53,197 bases of DNA from positions 1 through 53,197 of the forward strand of contig WFZK01000008.1 in the NCBI GenBank assembly GCA_015489595.1, written 5' to 3'. This DNA comes from Candidatus Dojkabacteria bacterium (GTDB lineage Bacteria > Patescibacteriota > Dojkabacteria > GCA-002793355). This document shows, piece by piece, positions 9,692 through 15,955 of the stretch (position 1 is the stretch's first letter; every line of letters begins with the position of its first letter). Both the position numbers and the translations under genes were made by a program. The notes under the pieces were generated by a model. That model was not told the DNA's origin. It was given only the letters and a program-made list of their open reading frames with translations, and made no database searches.

Positions 9692-9744
9692 AGTTGGTGA
9701 GACTTGGAGGGGCTGTGACGATTTGGTTTTATTGCGCTTTATTT

Positions 9745-9844
9745 GTTTGACTTGGCTAGATAGCTTGTGTGAGCACCATAGCGATGACTTTTTCTCGGGG
9801 TCTGGGGGCAAAATTGCTCTATGCGATTTTGCCCCCAGACCCCG
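9745..9844 (+). repeat. mosaic repeat copy (core-like segment plus hairpin 9796-9844)
   Basis: cggggtctgggggcaaaat / attttgcccccagaccccg forms a 19-bp perfect stem. The upstream cttggctagatagc...gcgatgacttttt resembles the core at 34905-34965. Confidence 0.7.
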
Positions 9845-9871
9845 GTGCATACGAGAGATAATTTCTTATAG

Positions 9872-9877
9872 TATAAT
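9872..9877 (+). promoter_or_regulatory. -10 box TATAAT, 17 nt upstream of tRNA-Ile
   Basis: Sequence reads agTATAATactccaaccaattgataGGGCGCG. Confidence 0.35.
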
Positions 9878-9894
9878 ACTCCAACCAATTGATA

Positions 9895-9966
9895 GGGCGC
9901 GTAGCTCAGCGGTAGAGCGCTGTTCTTATAAAGCAGTGGTCGCAGGTTCGAATCCTGCCGCGCCCA
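9895..9966 (+). tRNA. tRNA-Ile, anticodon UAU (TAT)
   Basis: Cloverleaf folded by hand: acceptor GGGCGCG/CGCGCCC, D arm GCTC-AGCGGTA-GAGC, anticodon arm CTGTT-CTTATAA-AGCAG, variable loop TGGTC, T arm GCAGG-TTCGAAT-CCTGC, discriminator A. CCA is not encoded. Confidence 0.85.
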
Positions 9967-9970
9967 GGTC

Positions 9971-10002
9971 GGCGGCGGGCGGCATAAATGCCGCCCGCCG
10001 CC
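9971..10002. repeat. G/C-only arm hairpin directly after tRNA-Ile (possible terminator)
   Basis: ggcggcgggcggca-taaa-tgccgcccgccgcc forms a 14-bp perfect stem. Only a short TT follows. Confidence 0.7.
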
Positions 10003-10011
10003 TTAATAGCT

Positions 10012-10017
10012 TAAAAT
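10012..10017 (+). promoter_or_regulatory. -10 box TAAAAT, 8 nt before ATG 10026
   Basis: Sequence reads cTAAAATctttgggtATG. Confidence 0.35.
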
Positions 10018-10025
10018 CTTTGGGT

Positions 10026-10937
10026 ATGGCTAGAGAAAGAGTTTCGATCATTATTCCCTGTTTTAACGAGAAGCAGGTATTACCGGAGCTTTTTGAGCGA
10101 CTAAAGGCTCTTGAGAAGAAACTTAAGAAAAGGTGGGACGTAGAGTTTGTTTTCGTAGATGATGGAAGTACAGATGATACTCCGGCGCTCTTAGACAATT
10201 TTATCAAGGATCATGAGGGGCGAGTTGTCCATTTTACCCGGAACTTTGGTCATCAGGCTGCTTTAGAGGCAGGATACCTTTACGCCAAAGGGGATGTATT
10301 CGTAACCATCGATGCTGATCTTCAAGACCCACCAGAGCTTATTTTAGATATGCTAAAAAAATACGATGAGGGCTATGATGTGGTCTTAGCCAAGCGCAGG
10401 CGTAGGAGAGGAGAAACCTTTTTCAAAAAGTCAACAGCCAAGATTTTTTACAAATTCCTAAACTTCATAGCAAATATCCCTATGATAGAAGAGGTGGGAG
10501 ACTTTCGACTTATAAGTGAAAGGGTAAGAGATGAGCTTCTTAAGCTAAGAGAACCTCATAAATACTGGCGAGGATTAGTTTTTTTCTTAGGCTTTCCAAC
10601 AGCGACTGTTTTATACACTAGAAGACCCAGAGCAGCAGGAGAGACTCATTATTCCTTAAAAAAGATGTTAAATCTAGCCAGGATAGCAGTCTTTGGATTT
10701 TCTGATAAGGTGCCTTCATTGGTGGCGGGGTTGTTTTTTCTCGTAAAGATCTTCACCATAGACAGTCCTACAAAGTGGGTGCTTGTAGTACATGCGGCTT
10801 TTGACGTTTTTGTTGTCTGGCTTATACTTAGCCTTCTGTTTTCAATCTACAGGCTTTTGCTCGGAAGACCTAATTATGTGGTGTTAAGAGTAGTTGAGGG
10901 GAAGCAGGGTGCGTTGGTGGTTTATTCCAAGAGTTGA
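10026..10937 (+). CDS. family-2 glycosyltransferase (polyprenyl-phosphate glycosyltransferase-like)
   Basis: VSIIIPCFNE, VFVDDGSTDDT, TIDADLQDPPE and C-terminal TM helices. The track ORF start (9723) reads through the tRNA and was rejected. Confidence 0.8.
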   Translation: MARERVSIIIPCFNEKQVLPELFERLKALEKKLKKRWDVEFVFVDDGSTDDTPALLDNFIKDHEGRVVHFTRNFGHQAALEAGYLYAKGDVFVTIDADLQDPPELILDMLKKYDEGYDVVLAKRRRRRGETFFKKSTAKIFYKFLNFIANIPMIEEVGDFRLISERVRDELLKLREPHKYWRGLVFFLGFPTATVLYTRRPRAAGETHYSLKKMLNLARIAVFGFSDKVPSLVAGLFFLVKIFTIDSPTKWVLVVHAAFDVFVVWLILSLLFSIYRLLLGRPNYVVLRVVEGKQGALVVYSKS

Positions 10938-11026
10938 TTTGTCCTGTAGGATAATATTAACCAGAGAGGTAGGACGAAGATGTTGGTCTTTGCTTTTGGT
11001 TTGATACCGCTATAGCTCTGAGAGAG

Positions 11027-11194
11027 TGAGGCAAAATGCGCTGCACCTGCTTTTTGCCCCACACCGAAGACATGCTGTCTCTCTTGTGGTATGAAGAGGA
11101 TTCTGGCTAGCGGTATGATTTAAAAGGCCAGAGGGATGACAATCTAGGGATTTTAAGCAACAATCGGCCTTTTGCGATTTTTGCTTAAAGCCCC
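11027..11194 (-). repeat. mosaic repeat copy, inverted orientation (hairpin B' 11027-11064, core, hairpin A' 11147-11194)
   Basis: The reverse complement of the core reads tgtcatccctctggccttttaaatcatacc. The hairpins are gtgaggcaaaa/ttttgccccac and gggattttaagcaa/ttgcttaaagcccc. Confidence 0.75.
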
Positions 11195-11261
11195 TGACAT
11201 ATATTTGACATTATTTATCTCTGCTGCTATATTATACTAATTAAGTTGTAACTTAGGTCCT

Positions 11262-12203
11262 ATGGCTAAACAGAACGATTTTGAGAAATTATCTCCGGTT
11301 TTAGAGACGATTTATATTGTTGTCAAAAATTTGGCAAGCTGGATTAAGATTTATGCCGAGGACACTCAAACTGATAGGCTTAGGGAGTATAAGCAGGTTA
11401 AAGAAAAGCTCGATGAGCTAGAGAGAACTTTAGCTAGAATCTATGGTTTTGCACCCCCAGAGGAGCCAGAGGAGGGTAGGGCAGAGGAGGCTTCAGCGAC
11501 CGCGGAAGCTTCTAAGGAGCAACAAGAAACACCAATGGAACCACAGGAGACTTCTAGTTTTACAGCGCCAAGCACTCCGGCTCCAGGAGCAGCTGCATCT
11601 TCGGCTGCTAGCGAATCTGGTGCATCCTCTACAGGGTCCGCACAACCAGGAGAGCCAGAGGCACCGGTAGAGCCATCAGCTCCGCCAGCACCATCGGCGC
11701 CAGCAACCCCACAGGAACCAGCAGCGTCTTCTGAGCCGCCAGCGCCGCCGGCAACACAACCTCCTGCAGCACCTCAAACTCCTGAGGCTCAGGGCGCAGC
11801 ATCTGATGTCTCGCAAGCATTTTCTGAACTGGAGCAGTTAACAAAGGAAGTCAACCAGGCAGCAGGGCAGACACAGACTCCGTCAGAGCAGCTGCAGCCA
11901 CCAGCGGGGCAGAGCACACCTCCAGAGCAGCCTCCAGCCGCTGCAACGCAAGAGGGGTCCAGCGCGGCAGGAACGTCAGCACAGCCACAGGCTGCTCAGA
12001 GTGATCAGCAGATAGCTCAAGGGGCTACAGCCACACAGCCTGGCGGAAACTCTGGATCCGATCAGACTGCAGCTGGAGCTCAGGCACAACAAGACAATCA
12101 GGGGCAAGCACAAGCAGGGCAAAGCCAAAGTGATAATCAATCGCAAGACCCAGAGCTTCAAAAGGTTTTAGAGGAGCTAAGGGCTTTGCAGCAACAGAGC
12201 TAA
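11262..12203 (+). CDS. low-complexity P/A/Q/S-rich protein with helical N- and C-termini
   Basis: 313 aa. The central ~230 aa are almost entirely P, A, Q, S, T, E and G. Shadow ORFs are open in other frames. Confidence 0.55.
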   Translation: MAKQNDFEKLSPVLETIYIVVKNLASWIKIYAEDTQTDRLREYKQVKEKLDELERTLARIYGFAPPEEPEEGRAEEASATAEASKEQQETPMEPQETSSFTAPSTPAPGAAASSAASESGASSTGSAQPGEPEAPVEPSAPPAPSAPATPQEPAASSEPPAPPATQPPAAPQTPEAQGAASDVSQAFSELEQLTKEVNQAAGQTQTPSEQLQPPAGQSTPPEQPPAAATQEGSSAAGTSAQPQAAQSDQQIAQGATATQPGGNSGSDQTAAGAQAQQDNQGQAQAGQSQSDNQSQDPELQKVLEELRALQQQS

Positions 12204-12217
12204 CGACTGTTGCTGCA
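12187..12217 (+). terminator. hairpin spanning the stop codon of the P-rich gene
   Basis: tgcagcaacag-agctaacga-ctgttgctgca forms an 11-bp stem. There is no clear U-tract. Confidence 0.3.
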
Positions 12218-12398
12218 GGCCAAAGAGGGCTCGCAGTTTTTGCGGTTTTTAAGTCGTGTCCTATAGTAAGTTTGTCGGCTAAATCGATTTAGGGTCTGGA
12301 AAGCCGTTGATTATGTCCTGATTCGATTCTTCGCAGGGAGGTTAAGTGAAATTTTTAGATAAAATTCGTTGGAATTTTCTGTCCACATTGCAGCGTGG

Positions 12399-12417
12399 CG
12401 TGAAACAATGTTTCACG
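12399..12417. promoter_or_regulatory. 19-nt perfect palindrome cgtgaaaca-a-tgtttcacg (candidate operator)
   Basis: Read directly from the sequence. It is unique in the window. Confidence 0.4.
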
Positions 12418-12429
12418 GATGAAAAATTT

Positions 12430-12521
12430 TGTAAGAATTTGGTTTGTAAGATTTTTGTAAGAATTCTGTAAAAATTATGTAAGAATTGTGTAATTATTTT
12501 GTAAGATTCATGTAAAAATTT
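12430..12521 (+). repeat. array of 8 TGTAA(G/A)AATT-like units, 7 of them at exact 11-bp spacing
   Basis: TGTAA starts at 12430, 12445, 12456, 12467, 12478, 12489, 12500 and 12511. Confidence 0.85.
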
Positions 12522-12597
12522 CAGAAAATCGGCCGACTATTGGGCCTTCAGTTGGTAAGATACCCCGCATTATGTGAAGTGGAGCCGATTTTGGTAT

Positions 12598-13548
12598 TCA
12601 ATCTCGTGTCCTTTGTTTTACATAAAAATTTACCCGGTCTTTGAACTTGTAGTATCGCATTCGTATCACTGGCGTGCCGGCGAAGGCCTTGTAAAATCCA
12701 GTGACACTCATCCTTTTTAAGACTGAGATGTGCCAAATCCTTGGAATCACCTTGCCAAATCGTTCGACCAGTTGTCGTTTTGTTAGCTTGTATGAGGCTA
12801 GTTTGTTGTAAAGACACACATCCTGACAAATGTCACAGCCAAATAGAATGTTTTTCATTTTAGCTTGGAGAGCTTTCGGGATCTTTCCTTTGTGTTCCGC
12901 TGTGAGGTATCCAATGCAGCGATGGATCTTAAGAAGCGGAGGTTTAAGGGCATTAGTAGGGCAGGCTGCAATACACATTTTGCATGAAGCGCACAGCGTA
13001 TGTTGGTATGCACACCGGGGATGTTTAAATGGGGAGTCTGGATAGATAAGTTTTGAAAGAAAGGAAGAATAAAGTTTTCTTAGCTTAGAATATTTAATAC
13101 TAGTAATTATGCCTCCTAAAAGCACAAAAGATCCAAGGGGAGAGTGCCAAAGATGGTTAAGGCCGGTAATGCCTCCGAGTGCTTTTTGAGCATAGCCCTT
13201 TTCATATATCGGAAAAATGTCGGCGTGAATCTTGTGTCTTACAGGGTTTTCTAACTTGACATTCTCAGAAAGCATTGTTATTAGCTTTTTTAACCTTTTT
13301 GGAATAATCTTATGGTACTCACGAACCATTGCATATTTAGAGATGCTCATGTAATCGGGGTGGTATATTAAGGCTGCGTCTATGTCATTGTCATAAGCTA
13401 AGCCTACAATTATTGCGCTTTTGGCCCAAGGAAAGAGCCTTTTCACATCTTCTCTTAGCCTTATTGTGTTATTTAGCCATTTAAGAGGGGTTTTGATCTT
13501 TGGGAGCCTAAATGTACTTACTTTTGCGATACCTATAAGGTCGAACAT
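12598..13548 (-). CDS. queG: epoxyqueuosine reductase
   Basis: CASCKMCIAACPTNA, HRCIGYLTAEHKG and LFGCDICQDVCLYN. The start is set at MFDLIGIAK (13548) because the longer ORF overlaps the divergent AbrB gene and its promoter. Confidence 0.7.
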   Translation of the reverse strand: MFDLIGIAKVSTFRLPKIKTPLKWLNNTIRLREDVKRLFPWAKSAIIVGLAYDNDIDAALIYHPDYMSISKYAMVREYHKIIPKRLKKLITMLSENVKLENPVRHKIHADIFPIYEKGYAQKALGGITGLNHLWHSPLGSFVLLGGIITSIKYSKLRKLYSSFLSKLIYPDSPFKHPRCAYQHTLCASCKMCIAACPTNALKPPLLKIHRCIGYLTAEHKGKIPKALQAKMKNILFGCDICQDVCLYNKLASYKLTKRQLVERFGKVIPRIWHISVLKRMSVTGFYKAFAGTPVIRMRYYKFKDRVNFYVKQRTRD

Positions 13549-13554
13549 TGGTGG

Positions 13555-13560
13555 ATTATA
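13555..13560 (-). promoter_or_regulatory. -10 box TATAAT (minus strand), 6 nt before the queG ATG
   Basis: The minus strand reads ttTATAATccaccaATG. Confidence 0.4.
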
Positions 13561-13580
13561 AACAATTTCGTCTTTTTTCT

Positions 13581-13589
13581 TGTTACAAT
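13581..13589 (+). promoter_or_regulatory. extended -10 (TGTTACAAT), 5 nt before ATG 13595
   Basis: Sequence reads tgtTACAATaagctATG. Confidence 0.4.
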
Positions 13590-13594
13590 AAGCT

Positions 13595-13867
13595 ATGCAA
13601 GGTGTTGTTGATAAATACGGAAGAATTACTATTCCAAAGGTGCTTTGGAAGGTTTTTGATATTAAGCCAGGAGACAGAGTCGTTTTTTCAAAGCTAGCGG
13701 ATGGGATATTGATTAAGAAAGAGCAGGGGCAGAGACTTAAGAATTTAACGCAAAAACTGTTCGGAGCTGCTGCCAAAGGAAGAAAAATTCGGTATATTCC
13801 GATAGAAAGGGCCAGGGCTGAGGCTGGCAAGCATCTTGCTAAAAAGTATAAGCTAGGAGATTCGTGA
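13595..13867 (+). CDS. AbrB/MazE/SpoVT-family DNA-binding protein
   Basis: VDKYGRITIPKVLWKVFDIKPGDRVVFSKLADGILIKK. Confidence 0.7.
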   Translation: MQGVVDKYGRITIPKVLWKVFDIKPGDRVVFSKLADGILIKKEQGQRLKNLTQKLFGAAAKGRKIRYIPIERARAEAGKHLAKKYKLGDS

Positions 13868-13947
13868 GGTTAGTGGGAGGCCAGCAGAATGCGAAGATCA
13901 CCTGCCAGTAGAATGACTTAAGAGGGCAGGGAGTGAGTAATTCTAGA

Positions 13948-14163
13948 GGTCTCACGCAGAAATCGATTTTTGCGTAAGTCCCGACTGGGCGTGGGGCAAA
14001 ATGTGGTAATGACACATTTTGCCCCACGCCCAAAGGTAGTTTGTCTTACGTCGGGTAGCGAAAAATAGTCCGTCAACAACGGGGAATTTAGAACAGCCAG
14101 AAGAATGATGAGTTTAGGGTGGCTGTGGCAAAAATCGACTTTTTCGATTTTTGCCACAGCCAC
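13948..14163 (-). repeat. mosaic repeat copy, inverted (extra hairpin 13948-13982, hairpin B' 13987-14031, core, hairpin A' 14119-14163)
   Basis: 19-bp perfect stem gggcgtggggcaaaatgtg/cacattttgccccacgccc and 20-bp perfect stem gtggctgtggcaaaaatcga/tcgatttttgccacagccac. The core is a near-identical reverse complement of 43736-43818. Confidence 0.9.
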
Positions 14164-14192
14164 GACTTGCCCTCGACAGAACCTATACCTAA

Positions 14193-14201
14193 TGGTAAAA
14201 T
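14193..14201 (+). promoter_or_regulatory. extended -10 (TGGTAAAAT), 9 nt upstream of tRNA-Asp
   Basis: Sequence reads tggTAAAATttcacacatGGGGGCG. Confidence 0.4.
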
Positions 14202-14210
14202 TTCACACAT

Positions 14211-14284
14211 GGGGGCGTAGCTCAACTGGTTAGAGCACTCGCCTGTCACGCGAGAGGCTGCGGGTTCGAGTCCCGTCGTCCCCG
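14211..14284 (+). tRNA. tRNA-Asp, anticodon GUC
   Basis: Acceptor GGGGGCG/CGTCCCC, D arm GCTC-AACTGGTTA-GAGC, anticodon arm CTCGC-CTGTCAC-GCGAG, T arm GCGGG-TTCGAGT-CCCGT, discriminator G. Confidence 0.85.
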
Positions 14285-14438
14285 TGGACTGGAGCGGAGA
14301 GTTCCCCAGAAATGTTAAGCTGGGATGTTGACATTAGTTGGAGTTGGAATTCCCCTGTGTTGTTGCTTTGCTGCAGGCTGGTGAGGCCGATGTCGTTGGC
14401 AACGTTGGGGGTTCATGCTAGGGTTATGCCTAACCTAA

Positions 14439-14447
14439 TGCTATAAT
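14439..14447 (+). promoter_or_regulatory. extended -10 (TGCTATAAT), 8 nt before ATG 14456
   Basis: Sequence reads tgcTATAATccttacgcATG. Confidence 0.45.
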
Positions 14448-14455
14448 CCTTACGC

Positions 14456-15952
14456 ATGAGGCGTGGGGCAAAACAAAACGGTTCGCTGAAGAACAAAAGG
14501 GCAGAAAGAAAAAGTAGAGAGAAGAAGCCTGGAGTTAGTCTTTTTAGAGGTAGGACTGCTGGAGTAAGAAATGCACAGGAATTATCTATAACTACCGATG
14601 AGTTTTGGAAAAGACCTAAGGAGTTTTTCCCGTTTTTTTCTAAGAATCCACATCGATTATATATGGATTCTGCTACACAGACTTTGCTTCCTGCTGCAGT
14701 TATTGAGGTTGTAGCCCGTCGGCTGAGCGGGGCGGGGCGGCCGCAGGCCGCCCCGCCCCGCTTTTATTCAACTGTGCTGGATTTTTTCGGCGTGTACGGC
14801 AAAGCCAGATTTTATTTTATGCCTAGCCTTTCGCACGCGCTGTTCTATACGGCTTTTAGCCTTCTGTATGAATCTTTAAAACTACCTACTGCACTGATTA
14901 AGGCTATGTATTCTGCAAAATTAAGTGGGCAGGCCCATTCCGGTTTTTCTGAACTTTCTTATGCTTTTAACGCGGGCCGAGCTGGTTCTTCCGGTGAGGA
15001 TGCTACTAAGGACGCGGCGGTAAAAAAGAATTCTTCTGAGCGAGAGAATCAGCCTTTGGCAGCAGTTAGAGATTCTGCGGAGGGCTTGACTTTTAGTTTT
15101 GGCTCGTCGTCTGTTTCCCCAGCCAGCGCTGCTGATCTTTTAGCTTACGCAAAAGATCTATTAAAAAAAGCTTATGCAGATACAGGTGTGAAAAAGGTCC
15201 ATGTGTTTGCTCAGCAAGGTGCAGATTTTGGGCATTTTAGGCAACTTTGCCACGATTTTAACCTTGAGTATACAGCCTTACCTGCTCCGCTTGATTATGA
15301 GCAAATCGACCGGATGTTAGAGAAAGATGCGTCCGGTCTGAAGATCTTAGTAGTTAACTGGGTTGATAGATACACAGGCAAAATAGCTAATTTAGAAAAA
15401 CTAAGCGAGATAGCCGATAAACGCGATGTAGTTTTTGTTCTAAACGGAGCCTGGGGTGCAGGGATAATTCCTATTGATTTGTCAAAATACAAGATAGACT
15501 TGTTTATCTTTGCTGGCTATAAAATGTACGGACCACCTTCGACTGCAGGGGTTATTGTGACCGATCCACATATAAGATGGCGGGCTCCTCGGTATCTTGA
15601 CGCCGCGAACATTGCGGGGCTTGATGCTGCACTAGATTTTTTGACAACGATTGATAGAGACCGTATCATAAACGAACACATGGATCTTGTGGCCTATACT
15701 ATAGAGAAATTCGAGAAACGAGACGGGATTGAGCCTCTAGGTGGTACTGGTCTAGATAGAGCAGGAATATTTACATTCTCCGTTGATGACATCTCATCTT
15801 TTAAGGAGCTTGTGAAGCTTAATCAGTTAGATCTTAGAATAGAGTCTAAGAAGTCAAGAGTAAGGCTAAGTTTTGGGGTTTACAGCACAAGAGACGATGT
15901 AGACGAAGCGTTCTCTGTAATAGATGATTATCTTTCTAAGTTTGGTTTCTAA
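14456..15952 (+). CDS. class-V aminotransferase / cysteine desulfurase-like protein, highly divergent with a large insert
   Basis: LYMDSATQTLLPAAV (like YLDxAAT) and FAGYKMYGPPSTAGVIV (like SGHKxxGPxGxG, with the Lys retained and His replaced by Tyr). Roughly aa 90-235 is low-complexity or unalignable. Confidence 0.55.
   Translation: MRRGAKQNGSLKNKRAERKSREKKPGVSLFRGRTAGVRNAQELSITTDEFWKRPKEFFPFFSKNPHRLYMDSATQTLLPAAVIEVVARRLSGAGRPQAAPPRFYSTVLDFFGVYGKARFYFMPSLSHALFYTAFSLLYESLKLPTALIKAMYSAKLSGQAHSGFSELSYAFNAGRAGSSGEDATKDAAVKKNSSERENQPLAAVRDSAEGLTFSFGSSSVSPASAADLLAYAKDLLKKAYADTGVKKVHVFAQQGADFGHFRQLCHDFNLEYTALPAPLDYEQIDRMLEKDASGLKILVVNWVDRYTGKIANLEKLSEIADKRDVVFVLNGAWGAGIIPIDLSKYKIDLFIFAGYKMYGPPSTAGVIVTDPHIRWRAPRYLDAANIAGLDAALDFLTTIDRDRIINEHMDLVAYTIEKFEKRDGIEPLGGTGLDRAGIFTFSVDDISSFKELVKLNQLDLRIESKKSRVRLSFGVYSTRDDVDEAFSVIDDYLSKFGF
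14727..14761. repeat. G/C-rich palindrome (16-bp stem, 3-nt loop) inside the CDS, in frame
   Basis: gcggggcggggcggcc-gca-ggccgccccgccccgc encodes SGAGRPQAAPPR. Confidence 0.9.
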
Positions 15953-15955
15953 TTT

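Noticed and set aside
9723-10025. N-terminal 101 codons of track ORF 9723-10937
   Set aside because: This part reads straight through a repeat hairpin, tRNA-Ile and the GC hairpin. The glycosyltransferase homology begins at MARERVSIIIPCFNE (ATG 10026).
11443-12161. Alternative-frame ORFs within the P/A/Q-rich gene
   Set aside because: Stop-poor, GC-rich low-complexity DNA is open in several frames. Only the 11262-12203 frame has ordinary N- and C-terminal sequence.
12378-12387. DnaA-box-like CTGTCCACA as evidence for oriC
   Set aside because: It is a single 7/9 match to TTATCCACA. No dnaA or dnaN is nearby, and the flanking genes converge rather than diverge.
12430-12521. Possible CRISPR array
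   Set aside because: The units are 11 bp with no spacers. The longer hairpin repeats elsewhere are irregularly spaced, differ in sequence and are separated by genes. No cas genes are present.
13549-13830. Upstream 94 codons of track ORF 12598-13830 (-)
   Set aside because: It is antisense to the well-supported AbrB gene and has no QueG similarity. MFDLIG at 13548 has a TATAAT 6 nt upstream.
13839-14163. ORFs 13839-14033(-) and 13918-14163(-), with their look-alikes 43720-43947(+), 34912-35133(+) and 26951-27181(+)
   Set aside because: Their similarity (HFAPRP, PKLIILLAVLN...) comes from translating the mosaic repeat. Two of them also run through tRNA genes. These are not protein families.
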